Assembly (NCBI GenBank): GCA_002454955.1
Contig: DKJY01000045.1
Location: 42,282-106,281, forward strand
Source: Bacteroidales bacterium UBA6680
GTDB taxonomy: Bacteria; Bacteroidota; Bacteroidia; Bacteroidales; UBA6680
DNA: 64,000 bases
Direction: 5' to 3'
A program made the translations under genes and the position numbers. The notes under the pieces are model-generated. The model was not told where the DNA came from, did no database searches, and was given only the letters and a program-made list of their open reading frames with translations. Shown one piece after another: positions 19,701-28,986 of this stretch. The stretch's first letter is position 1. Each line of letters begins with the position of its first letter.

Positions 19701-21923
19701 ATAACCAATATATCAACAAATGGAACAGACTACACTATGCCAGCTCCGTTGAATGGTATGATTGCAAGAAACACTACAACTACAACAATATCTATACAGA
19801 CAACGCAAGATACTGACGAAGAAGGTGATGAAAAACTACGTGTCACCCTTACAAACCTTGTAAATGCTAATTTTGTAGATGATAATGCAGAAGGTACAAT
19901 TATTGATGATGATGAAACACCTGTTGCTGTTGACGATGCATATACTGTTATAGAGGACGAGACAACTGCACTAACTGGTAATGTATTGAATAACGATACT
20001 GGTCTTGGAGATACTCCTATCACAGTTATACTCCTTCCTGGATCTTCAATAAATGGTACGTTTACATTCACCAATGGGGCATTCTCATACATACCTTCAC
20101 CAAACTATCATGGAGAGGATACATTCTCTTATCGAATTACTGATGCTGATGGTGATACATCAACAGGTACGGTAAAAATTACTGTAACATCAGTAAATGA
20201 TACTCCTGTGGCTCATGATGACACATACAATGTATTAGAGAGAACAAATCCGACATATACAATCCTTACAGGCGATGTAAAAGGAAATGATACAGGATTG
20301 GGTGATAATGCACAGGCAGAAATTGTGGCAAACGGAACAAAAGGAGTTGCAACAATTCTTGGTGATAATACATTTACCTATGCTCCAACAGGACAAAACT
20401 TTGGTGCTGATCACTTTACATACAGATTAAGAGATGATGACGGAGAGATATCTACAGTTGCTACAGTAACTATAAATATAGCATACTACAATAACTATAA
20501 TCCACAAGGAGTAGCAGATAACTATACAACACCAGAAGCAACGGCTATAAGCTTTAAACTAACCGATAACGATACTGACCAGGATGGTGATGCAACAATT
20601 GACGTTGGTTCTGTAATCCTTGATAGGGCAATGTCAAAAGGTGTTATTAATTATAATACAACAACTGGTGTATTTACATACACGCCTAATGTGGGTGAAA
20701 CAGGATTTGAACGATTCAGATATAAGGTTAAAGACAGAAGTATAGAATCGCAACCAGTAAGAGAGTCAGCTTGGACAGATGTTGAGATAGAAATACTTAG
20801 GAATAAACTGAACCCTATAGCAAACTGCCGTAGCTTTACTGCCAATCTTGATGCTTCAGGAAATGTAACTGTTACTCCGGCAAATATAAACAACGGATCA
20901 TCTGATCCTGACGGAACAATTGCAAATATGCTTATTGATGGTAAAGCGTCAATTGATTATGATTGTTCTGATATTGGAGATCATACTGTACAACTTACAG
21001 TTATTGATAATGATGGGCTTCAGGCTCAGTGTAATGCAACTGTAACTATTGCTGATAATACATCGCCAACAGTTGAAACTCCAACACTAAGTATTACTCG
21101 TTACTGTAAAGCCAGTGAAACAGGACTTACAGTAACCTATGTAGCTCCTACATTCTCAGATAACTGCAGTGGAACAGGGTTAAATGGTGTTCTTATTGCA
21201 GGAAAATCATCAGGATCGTTTTTTAACGTTGGAACAACAACTGTAACCTACCGTTTTGATGACGGTAACGGAACAACACCTGTTGAAAGTTCATTTACTG
21301 TTGAGATCATTCAAGATAATATTGATCCTGTAATTAACTGTGTTACAAATAAAATCTATACAGAAAATCAACCCGCACACACTTATCTTGTACCTGATAA
21401 CTCTCTAAATGCAACAGCAACTGATGCTCGTGGTATCAAGAGTTTAACTCACGATTTTAACGGTGGCGGAACAACACTTAACGGACAAGAATTTCCAATT
21501 GGTGTAACCAAAGTAACTTGGACTGCTGTAGATAATTTTGATAATACAGCTACATGTTCGTTTAATGTTACTATTCTACCTGCATTATCAGTAAATATCG
21601 TTTCTAATAAAACAGGCAACAGAGCATGTGAGCAAGATCCTGTAACATTTACAGCTACTACTGCTGGTGGCACTGCTCCATTTGAATACACACTACTTAT
21701 AAATGGTGCTTCTGCTGATGGTCCACAAGTTGGTAATTCATTTGTTGTAACTACATTTGTATTTGACGATGCTGTTCCTGCAAATAATACAAAACAGGTA
21801 GTAATTAGAGTTAAGGACAACAGTGGTTATACAGTAAGCAGTAACACCATTAACTTTACAATTCTAAGAAAACCAAAAACTGGAGAGATGTACAAACTGA
21901 AAAATACAATATCGCTTGATTAA
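16704..21923 (+). CDS. giant cell-surface adhesin-like protein (N-terminal beta-rich domain, Ig-like, 4-5 Calx-beta, cadherin-like/VCBS-type Ig repeats, HYR domains)
   Basis: 1739 aa with a signal peptide. Calx-beta-type modules include ATTDGTAINGKDYTEARGRATIPPGSLTVTIPVPITDDNINEPNETFDIDIS. Repeats of the form PVAVDDAYTV..NVLNNDTGLGD..FSYRITDADGDTSTGTVKITVTSVNDTPVA are present, and HYR-like TVTYRFDDGNGTTPVESSFTVEI. I see no T9SS C-terminal domain. Confidence 0.8.
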   Translation: MLKKLFIALCALFFINAIYAQTDKEFWFVAPEVSQNHGDRPIYLHLTTQANAATITVSMPANPAFTTQVYNLAANTTRRINLEPWIDEIENHYVEDYDLATPGKNNKGIHITATEDITAYYETAKSNNTDLFALKGKNALGSEFFVPFQNRYYNRTNGWYTFNPHSSANIVFSEDDSYITLDIPAGKAIRYGATNLTGTVRLGPFNRGETFYAAPAWVNSHVRPFPGVTTSNSNKQSDDEFGRSNQDHLSGLHVRAHDISGTILKNVAITQSDDSMQSFWGGYDVGGDQIVPLDIIGKEYIAIKGELESRNNTQHFDSWNDNFTNQRIYARPSTVYSWASGRYLPEGWHTLNGRFYIQSGNYNTGTINQETVFILATEDNTTIEVNGTNVATINRGETHVQELENNYTRIVASKNVYVWQVTGFGNEMGSAILPAIDKCTGSETVSFTRSTNNTFILNIMVLAGAEGDFRLNGSPHWKIPASAFQNTGSPFWKAARISFTTSQIPVGTTTVLSNTSGLFHVGIINGNSSGGTRYGYFSGFGDVPTINAAPSISGYALCAGDMELSVIGNPYTVYQWYRDNTAISGATGDKYTVTQPGRYKVTAITTCAGHSTETFPSNHIDAVPCIEIKDITVIEGQPNAMVTVEMTHTMAVPISFDYATTDGTAINGKDYTEARGRATIPPGSLTVTIPVPITDDNINEPNETFDIDISNPTIANINDSNATVTIQDNGDAQSKVSILANDNVAENVPGSKYNFEISLDKESGYDINVQYIISNGTATKPADYNVTTASATITFAAGETTKTIELDIVDDNVFEPSPAGYETIITKIQNQTNSTLANSNGEIRITENETIPEITSANLIGNEGTNLNFVVNLSVACSENVTVNYETLEVTATRGTDFTHTAGSKTLTYTPGQTSKTISIPAINDGTPEIPETFTLQFSSPVNATIASTPLNYTGTITDNTGTAMVFITDANVTEGGILTFNVNTTVINPTNDITFDFNITNISTNGTDYTMPAPLNGMIARNTTTTTISIQTTQDTDEEGDEKLRVTLTNLVNANFVDDNAEGTIIDDDETPVAVDDAYTVIEDETTALTGNVLNNDTGLGDTPITVILLPGSSINGTFTFTNGAFSYIPSPNYHGEDTFSYRITDADGDTSTGTVKITVTSVNDTPVAHDDTYNVLERTNPTYTILTGDVKGNDTGLGDNAQAEIVANGTKGVATILGDNTFTYAPTGQNFGADHFTYRLRDDDGEISTVATVTINIAYYNNYNPQGVADNYTTPEATAISFKLTDNDTDQDGDATIDVGSVILDRAMSKGVINYNTTTGVFTYTPNVGETGFERFRYKVKDRSIESQPVRESAWTDVEIEILRNKLNPIANCRSFTANLDASGNVTVTPANINNGSSDPDGTIANMLIDGKASIDYDCSDIGDHTVQLTVIDNDGLQAQCNATVTIADNTSPTVETPTLSITRYCKASETGLTVTYVAPTFSDNCSGTGLNGVLIAGKSSGSFFNVGTTTVTYRFDDGNGTTPVESSFTVEIIQDNIDPVINCVTNKIYTENQPAHTYLVPDNSLNATATDARGIKSLTHDFNGGGTTLNGQEFPIGVTKVTWTAVDNFDNTATCSFNVTILPALSVNIVSNKTGNRACEQDPVTFTATTAGGTAPFEYTLLINGASADGPQVGNSFVVTTFVFDDAVPANNTKQVVIRVKDNSGYTVSSNTINFTILRKPKTGEMYKLKNTISLD

Positions 21924-22589
21924 TAATTCTTATATATCATAATATTAATGGGGTCTTTTTAAGGCTCCATTTTTTTATATTAATATTTGTCTAACCTTAA
22001 TCACTATCGATAAGTATATCTCTTTTAGCCAATCATTCAGAATCAATAATCGAATCGTGAGATGTTCACTACAAATAAATAATACGCTTCAACAATCAAT
22101 TAACAAGTGAAGTCTACAGTTTCATCTAAAAATGATATATTCTAAAGGATAACATCAACAGATAAATATATATTATAAATCTAATTTAAAGATCATTACA
22201 ATGTTTTTGTTTTGTACAAAACCTAGTACAAAGTAGAAATATCAGGCAACATATCAGATTATAGTCAAAATCTACACTTAAATACACCTTGCAAATCTAC
22301 TAATACTATATAAAAACTTAAAATATCAAAATCAGTCCAAATTTTAGATATAGTCACCAGACATAGCATTATATCATGCACTATAACACAGGTTACAAAC
22401 TCTATAAAAATATCTCCTACAGTATATACGACAGAATTATTTAAAACTGATAATCAAATACATATATATCAAATGTAGTCTATTTTTATAAATTCTGATT
22501 CATATATCAGTTGTAACAATCGTTAAACAACACCACATTATCAATATTTACAACCTTTATTTGCATCAACAAATTAAACACATTACATT

Positions 22590-25500
22590 ATGATTAAGAA
22601 GTTAAAATTACTCGCACTAATGGTACTGTTTCCATTTGCAATAAGTGCACAACCATTCACTGAAAGTTTTGAGAGTGGAGATATTCCGTCAACCTGGAAG
22701 GTTATTAATAACAACAACGATTCAGGGATATGGCAAGTAAGTGGATATGCTAAAAAAATTGGAAACTATGGTATAAGGTTAAAATGTAAATGGAATGAGA
22801 CGTACGACGATTATATTATTTCGCCAAAGTTTACAGTATCAGAAAATGATCTCTTCAGTTTCTATGCCAAATCAAGAAGTACAGAAAATCCTGGAGCATT
22901 TAAAGTTCTAGTATCAAAGAATCAACGCATAATCGATGATCTAACAATTGAGATAGATAATATAAATAAAATAACTGAACTTCAGGGTTATAAAAAATTT
23001 GAGTATAAACTCGTAGATAATCCACAAATATCTGCAGGTGATGAAATCTGTTTCGCAATATATGTAGATTCACGTAACAAAGCTTGGTTAGATTTTGACC
23101 ATTTTTCTGTTGGTGTTCCTGCTACAACACCAGTTCCTTCAGTAAACAATACTGAGTGTATAATGGAAGCACAGATAGGCTTATCAATGGTATCTGATCA
23201 GTTTAGAATTACCAATAAGGGTGTTGGGAATCTTGTTATAAGCGAGGTTACAGATCTTTCTGGAACAGCATTCTCTACAACACTTACCTCGGCAGCTACA
23301 GCTTCTCTTAATCTTGGAGAGTATCAATCGTACAATTTTACATTTGGTTTTAACCCTACCGAAGCAAAAACATATACTAAAGATTTTGTTATTGAAACAA
23401 ATGCAGGAGATATTACAATAAAACTCACAGGAAATGGTATTCCTAAAATAGAGGCTGTTACATCAATTAATGAGGGTTTTGAAGGTGATGATATACCACA
23501 AAACTGGACTATTATAGATGGTAACAATAGTGGTAAAACATGGCAGATAAAAACCGGAGAATCAAACAGTGGCGATAATAGTATAGAGATAAAAAGATCA
23601 GAAAGTGGTAAAAACAACGACTGGCTTATAACACCTCTTGTAAAGGTAAAGCATGGATCCAAAATGAGTTTCTATGCAAAATCATCGTTCTATACTAACG
23701 AAGAGAGTATGGAGGTATTAATCTCAAAAACAGGACTTAACACTGCTACTGATTTCACAAAAAATGTAATATCTGTAGATAGAGTTCCTGCAAAAAAATA
23801 TGCAAAATATGAGTTTATGCTTACTGATATTCCTGACATTAACTACAATGACGAAGTGTTTATAGCTATAAGATCAGTATCAAATAAAGGTAACTACTCT
23901 CTGTTTGTTGATGATTTTACTATAAATCAGCCGGAAGATGTAGCACTAAACAAAAGCGAATGGGGTGTTACAACTGAGGTAAATAAGAGTATTGAATCGG
24001 GAGATATATTTACAATTGGTAATAATACAGATAATACCATTACAATAAACAAAATATCTGATATAACACCATTTACAACAACACTAACTAAAGGTATTAC
24101 ACTTGATGCAGGAGAGTTTAAAACTTTTGCTGTAACATACAATCCTACAGATGTTAATATTCACAACAGAGAGATGACTATTACCACATCAGCAGGAAGT
24201 TCTACACTATATTTAAAAGGTATTTCAAAAGCGCCTCAGGTTGCTTCTGTAAAAATATCATACGATTTTGAAGATAGTGAACTTCCTGAAAACTGGTTTA
24301 TTTACAACGAAAACAATGATGAACTTACATGGAGACAAAAGAAGCTTCCTATGGCACACAGCGGTCAGAATGTTCTTGTAATTCAACAGCACAAAACCAA
24401 TATCCATAACGATTGGATTGTATTTCCTCTTTTTAAGGTAACCGAAGGGGCACATTTCCGTGCATATGTGTCAGGGTTCACAGATAATAGTCAGGTAATT
24501 AATATAAAATTGTCTAAAACAGGTAATAAGCCAGAAGATTTTACAGTGAACCTTGTTTCTGATTACGTTGTGCAAGAGGGCTGGGCTGAGCTGGATATTG
24601 ATCTTACAGCAGCATACAAAGGAATAAGTGTAGACGATGAGATATACATTGCTATACAAGCTGTATGTACTCCGCAAACCAGCATTATGCCAACATTCCT
24701 TCTGATAGACGATATACTAATTGGAAAACCGGATTTGATGAGTAATGGTAACCTGATAACTAAATTCAATCTTGAGGGTCAGGTTGGTGAATCGGTAATT
24801 AACAGCGAGGATAATACGGTAAATGTAATAATGCCATATAGTGCAGATCTTAGCAGAATTACACCGGAAATTGAGATATCTGACTACGCTACAATAACGC
24901 CTGACCCGATGGTTCCAAGAGATTTTTCAAAGGATGTAGTTTTTACTGTAGCTGCTGAGAATGGTACAGAAAGAGTTTGGACAATACATACTGAGAAAGA
25001 GAAGCCTGAAGGAGATAATAAGATTGTAACATTCACCATACCAAATCAAATTGGAGAGACTGTAATATCGCATAGTAGTAAAACTGTAAAGATAACAATA
25101 CCTGAGAGTACAGATTTAACCTCTATAACACCACAAGTTGAGGTATCAACAGGTGCTACAATAAATCCGGGAAGCGGAAAAACAACAGATTTTTCAGGTG
25201 ATAATGTACAGTATACTGTTACATCAAGCAGCGGAAAAGAGGCAATATATACAGTTAAGCTTACAACTATAAAAGAGAGTGAGAATAAAATGATTAAGTT
25301 CACTATAAACGGACAAATAGGTGATACTGAGATATCTCACCAATCTAAAACTGTAACACTTACAGTATCAAAACAGATGGATATATCAAATATAACTCCT
25401 CAAATAGAGATATCTGAAAATGCAACAGTATCGCCAGGAATAAATGAAAGTATAGATTTTTCTAAAGGTTCCGTTAACTACACAGTAACTTCAAATACCG

Positions 25501-25799
25501 GAAAAAAGACAGTATATACAGTTACCGTAAACAGACAGAAGGATATGCCATCAGATATTGATGATACACTAAAAAACAATATTATCCTATATCCGAATCC
25601 ATGTTCAGATATAGTAAATATAAAAGGCGCAGCCAAATGTTATGTCTCAATATATAGTAACAGTGGCAAACTGGTATACAGATCGTATATAACTGAAGAT
25701 AATACAAATATCAATTGCAATCAGCTAAACAAAGGCATCTACTTTGTTAAAATAATCAATAGTTACAGTTCCATAACCAAAAAACTTATTATTAAATAA
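22590..25799 (+). CDS. T9SS-secreted modular surface protein (3x MAM-like/choice-of-anchor-J domains each followed by a beta-sandwich, 3x ~88-aa Ig-like repeats, Por C-terminal sorting domain)
   Basis: 1069 aa with a signal peptide. ESFESGDIPSTWKVINNNNDSGIWQV, EGFEGDDIPQNWTIIDGNNSGKTWQI and YDFEDSELPENWFIYNENNDELTWRQ mark three paralogous modules. The C-terminus LYPNPCSDIVNIKG...NKGIYFVKIINSYSSITKKLIIK fits the type A T9SS CTD. Confidence 0.8.
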   Translation: MIKKLKLLALMVLFPFAISAQPFTESFESGDIPSTWKVINNNNDSGIWQVSGYAKKIGNYGIRLKCKWNETYDDYIISPKFTVSENDLFSFYAKSRSTENPGAFKVLVSKNQRIIDDLTIEIDNINKITELQGYKKFEYKLVDNPQISAGDEICFAIYVDSRNKAWLDFDHFSVGVPATTPVPSVNNTECIMEAQIGLSMVSDQFRITNKGVGNLVISEVTDLSGTAFSTTLTSAATASLNLGEYQSYNFTFGFNPTEAKTYTKDFVIETNAGDITIKLTGNGIPKIEAVTSINEGFEGDDIPQNWTIIDGNNSGKTWQIKTGESNSGDNSIEIKRSESGKNNDWLITPLVKVKHGSKMSFYAKSSFYTNEESMEVLISKTGLNTATDFTKNVISVDRVPAKKYAKYEFMLTDIPDINYNDEVFIAIRSVSNKGNYSLFVDDFTINQPEDVALNKSEWGVTTEVNKSIESGDIFTIGNNTDNTITINKISDITPFTTTLTKGITLDAGEFKTFAVTYNPTDVNIHNREMTITTSAGSSTLYLKGISKAPQVASVKISYDFEDSELPENWFIYNENNDELTWRQKKLPMAHSGQNVLVIQQHKTNIHNDWIVFPLFKVTEGAHFRAYVSGFTDNSQVINIKLSKTGNKPEDFTVNLVSDYVVQEGWAELDIDLTAAYKGISVDDEIYIAIQAVCTPQTSIMPTFLLIDDILIGKPDLMSNGNLITKFNLEGQVGESVINSEDNTVNVIMPYSADLSRITPEIEISDYATITPDPMVPRDFSKDVVFTVAAENGTERVWTIHTEKEKPEGDNKIVTFTIPNQIGETVISHSSKTVKITIPESTDLTSITPQVEVSTGATINPGSGKTTDFSGDNVQYTVTSSSGKEAIYTVKLTTIKESENKMIKFTINGQIGDTEISHQSKTVTLTVSKQMDISNITPQIEISENATVSPGINESIDFSKGSVNYTVTSNTGKKTVYTVTVNRQKDMPSDIDDTLKNNIILYPNPCSDIVNIKGAAKCYVSIYSNSGKLVYRSYITEDNTNINCNQLNKGIYFVKIINSYSSITKKLIIK

Positions 25800-25823
25800 G
25801 TTATCCAAATTTGGTTATAGTCT

Positions 25824-25855
25824 ACCTGCTATGCATCCGCGTAGCAGGTTTTTTA
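25824..25855. terminator. terminator hairpin between convergent genes
   Basis: acctgcta-tgcatccgcg-tagcaggt is a perfect 8-bp stem followed by tttttt. Confidence 0.65.
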
Positions 25856-26404
25856 ATTACTATCCAAAACTCTCTTAGCCTCAATAGTAATACGTTTTAT
25901 AAAATCTGATTTAGATTCAGTATATGCCTCTCTGTCGTTTCTGTATTTTCTGGCAAATTTAATCTTAATATCCTGATACTCTATCTTGAGTTCATTGTTT
26001 AAATTAAGGTAATCGCGGAAATAGGTTCTATCCCAAAGCCAACTCTGATTAAGTGGACTTATATGAATATGGTATGATATATCCTCAATTCCTTCAGGTG
26101 TATAACCTTTAACAAACATCAGATGATTTGTCTGTTCCTTCATATGAATATATCCGTAACTCTCAAATATATCAATTATACCTTTGTCTGATACTCCATC
26201 CGGTTTCTCAAGTAGTATATCAATGGTTGGTTTTGCTGATAATCCAACTACAGCAGTGCTACCAATATGTTCTACCAATAAATTTCCAGAAAACTGAGAT
26301 AGCAGAAAACTTTTCTCATCCTCGTAATAGCTCACCCACTTCGGGTTATAGGGTTTTACCACAATAGGATATAACTGTCCCAATTCCTCTTTTGTCATAA
26401 TCAA
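25853..26404 (-). CDS. GrpB family protein (UPF0157)
   Basis: 183 aa. VEHIGSTAVVGLSAKPTIDILL and HIHI motifs are typical of GrpB nucleotidyltransferase-fold proteins. It has a 4-bp overlap with the upstream gene. Confidence 0.75.
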   Translation of the reverse strand: MIMTKEELGQLYPIVVKPYNPKWVSYYEDEKSFLLSQFSGNLLVEHIGSTAVVGLSAKPTIDILLEKPDGVSDKGIIDIFESYGYIHMKEQTNHLMFVKGYTPEGIEDISYHIHISPLNQSWLWDRTYFRDYLNLNNELKIEYQDIKIKFARKYRNDREAYTESKSDFIKRITIEAKRVLDSN

Positions 26405-27297
26405 TAGGTGCCATTATTAATAAATTGCTTATAGTATTTCCCCCTTTTATACTCTTTTGGTAACGATTTTAGACTTTCGCCTTTTACGTCTTTATAATTA
26501 CTAAAAGCCTTATCTGACCTGATATATAGTCCCTTATTCTCAAAATCAGTATAAATATATTCAACAGGATTTGGTTCAAAACCGTTCCATATGTACTTAT
26601 AAAGCATTCCTCCCTCAATTGAATAATGTTGATAACACTTAACAACTCCCTCTTTAAACGAAAAAGTTGGGTTTATAAATTCATGTTTTTCAGAAAACGT
26701 ACTAATATCATCCATTTTCAAATATACAGTACACATATCTCTGTCAATACATGTAGAATATAACCAGTAAATAAGAAGATCCTTTTTACCATCCCTATTT
26801 ACATCCTTTATCTGATAACGGTAATCAAAATAATCCTGATAATATTCAAGTTTATGACTAACAATACACTCAAGCTTATTCCCATCAACTCTAAACAGTT
26901 CAAAAGAAATATTAGCCTCATCAAGAGATCTATTTAGTAAAAGATACTTACCACCATCGTTAAAAATATCACCAGCTAAAAGGTCAATCTCAATATAAGA
27001 ACTACTATCCGGAGATATTTCATAGCTCTTTCTAAATCGTTTTTTATGAAGTTTTGGTTTAGCAACTAAATAAGCGTCTCTTAAAGCATAATCAAACATT
27101 ATGCTATCATAATTACTATTAAACAGAACACTATATGTTCTATTTAACAATGATGTTCTATCAGTATCGTAAATTACAATTTGGGTACTTACCTTATTTT
27201 CAATTTCTTTATTGTTATCATAGTTTGTTGTTTTACCATATACATAACCCCAAAAACTTATAAGTAAAAAAACTGATAACAAACCTAAAGTTCTCAT
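26401..27297 (-). CDS. hypothetical secreted protein
   Basis: 298 aa with a signal peptide. It contains a single FG-GAP/VCBS-like DVNRDGKKDLLIY motif. No confident family. Confidence 0.55.
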   Translation of the reverse strand: MRTLGLLSVFLLISFWGYVYGKTTNYDNNKEIENKVSTQIVIYDTDRTSLLNRTYSVLFNSNYDSIMFDYALRDAYLVAKPKLHKKRFRKSYEISPDSSSYIEIDLLAGDIFNDGGKYLLLNRSLDEANISFELFRVDGNKLECIVSHKLEYYQDYFDYRYQIKDVNRDGKKDLLIYWLYSTCIDRDMCTVYLKMDDISTFSEKHEFINPTFSFKEGVVKCYQHYSIEGGMLYKYIWNGFEPNPVEYIYTDFENKGLYIRSDKAFSNYKDVKGESLKSLPKEYKRGKYYKQFINNGTY

Positions 27298-27431
27298 CTA
27301 TCTTAATTTTATTAATATAATCAGCTCATACAAGTATCTATTTTAGCTTGCTGATTTCACATTGTGAATAAAACTCAAGCTATACAATCTCAATATAACT
27401 CGGAATAAAAGATCTCAAATATAATAAAATA

Positions 27432-28652
27432 CTATCCTAAAAACCCAGCTACTCTATCAAACACCATATCAAAAGCTCTTTGTACAGCAACTGTATCACT
27501 ATTCTTACCTACAGGAAATGGGTTCTCGTGGCTATAGTTATAATCAAAATCCAACTCATCAATGGTAATTGCGATATCTCTGTATGCTCCCTTAAGTGTA
27601 TTCATTATCTCAAACGATGGTATCACTCTGTCTTGTCTCAACGAAATAGCATAGATATCTCCTTCATTTTTTATGAATAACTCCTCTCTGAAATCACGCA
27701 TACGATTATAATCCAACATTGAGTGAAATACCTTTCCTTCAACATGATCACCATCAATATAGTGGTTTAGCAGATCATCTCGCTTAAGCATATTATCAAA
27801 ATGCTCTACAAGATATGAATATAGAGCAACACTCGCCTCGCTATCAAGTATATATTTAGACACCGGTGACAATCTGTTAAACACTGCCCCACCACAGAAC
27901 AGACAGACCTTGGTATTGGTAAAATAACCTTTATAATCAGACAATTTCAGAATCTCTGCAAGCAGTCCGCCAATAGAATATGCAAATATATTAAATGTAA
28001 AATCAGGACTTATATAATCATTTAAACCTGCTTTACAATCTTCTATAAACTGTATAACATCGTAATATGTCTGTAATCCGGACCATATAAAACGCTGAGG
28101 CATTGATTGCAAACGCATACTTATTGCAACATTACTCAATGTGCTGTTGGCAATATCTTTATACTGTTTTTTACGTTGCTCACTCAACATAAACATACTA
28201 CGTTTCTCGCTCCATTTCACCGGAGCACGTTGCATATGAAAAGCAATAGGAAACAGTACAACCGCACTACCTGTATCCCTGCATATTCGTTCTGCCCACA
28301 ACAGATATTTATCCCAACTCTTCTCATTAAATCCGTGAAACATAAATATAACATTATTGGCCTTATGTTGATGTGGAGTAATTATATAGTAGCAGAACTC
28401 TCTATTCTCCTCTACAAAAATATCCTTTATCTGTACATCCTTCTCAATTGTTCCAATATCATTATAGAACGATTCAGAGATCGGAAGTTCAGTCTTATGA
28501 TAATCACAATGATACTGTAAACCTCCGGGTAATATATGCGATGATGAAGATTTCATATACCGTTTGTGAACCATAATTCCTTTATATTCACCACTATTTT
28601 TAACCCTATTAAAAAACTCTCTAAAATCAAAGTATCTGTCTGTAAAATTCAT
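27432..28652 (-). CDS. alpha/beta-hydrolase-fold protein of unknown function
   Basis: The ORF track starts at 28724; the Met at 28652 (MNFTDRYFDF) is the more likely start. It has an HGFNEK oxyanion-like region and an AYSIGG nucleophile-elbow-like motif. The family call is tentative. Confidence 0.5.
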   Translation of the reverse strand: MNFTDRYFDFREFFNRVKNSGEYKGIMVHKRYMKSSSSHILPGGLQYHCDYHKTELPISESFYNDIGTIEKDVQIKDIFVEENREFCYYIITPHQHKANNVIFMFHGFNEKSWDKYLLWAERICRDTGSAVVLFPIAFHMQRAPVKWSEKRSMFMLSEQRKKQYKDIANSTLSNVAISMRLQSMPQRFIWSGLQTYYDVIQFIEDCKAGLNDYISPDFTFNIFAYSIGGLLAEILKLSDYKGYFTNTKVCLFCGGAVFNRLSPVSKYILDSEASVALYSYLVEHFDNMLKRDDLLNHYIDGDHVEGKVFHSMLDYNRMRDFREELFIKNEGDIYAISLRQDRVIPSFEIMNTLKGAYRDIAITIDELDFDYNYSHENPFPVGKNSDTVAVQRAFDMVFDRVAGFLG

Positions 28653-28902
28653 AGAATATCCGGTTTTGGCATCATTTACAACTAAAAAGAGCAGAAGAAA
28701 TTCCCCTGTAAACAAATATAGCAAACTGCAATGTAAAGTTCCACTATAAGTTTAGGTTGTTCAACAACAAATTTTACAGAGTGTGATATATCAACTTATA
28801 TAATTACCAACATATCTGTATAATCCTACCAAGGTATAACTCTTTTTTGTGAGGAGTATAAATTTTAAGGCACAACAACAACTGTCAGTAAGGTTTTTTG
28901 AC

Positions 28903-28910
28903 TATTTTTG
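28903..28910 (+). promoter_or_regulatory. Bacteroidota -7 box (TAnnTTTG) for pheT
   Basis: TATTTTTG lies 77 bp upstream of the pheT ATG. Confidence 0.4.
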
Positions 28911-28986
28911 TGGATTAAATCGGCAGGCTGAATTACGGCTACTGATACTGAATAAGATATAAATTGTAGAAAAACAGAGACCTATT

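Noticed and set aside
21924-22589. Invertible promoter (phase-variation switch) upstream of the T9SS surface protein gene
   Set aside because: I found no pair of inverted repeats of about 12 bp or more flanking a promoter-sized segment, and no site-specific recombinase gene is nearby.
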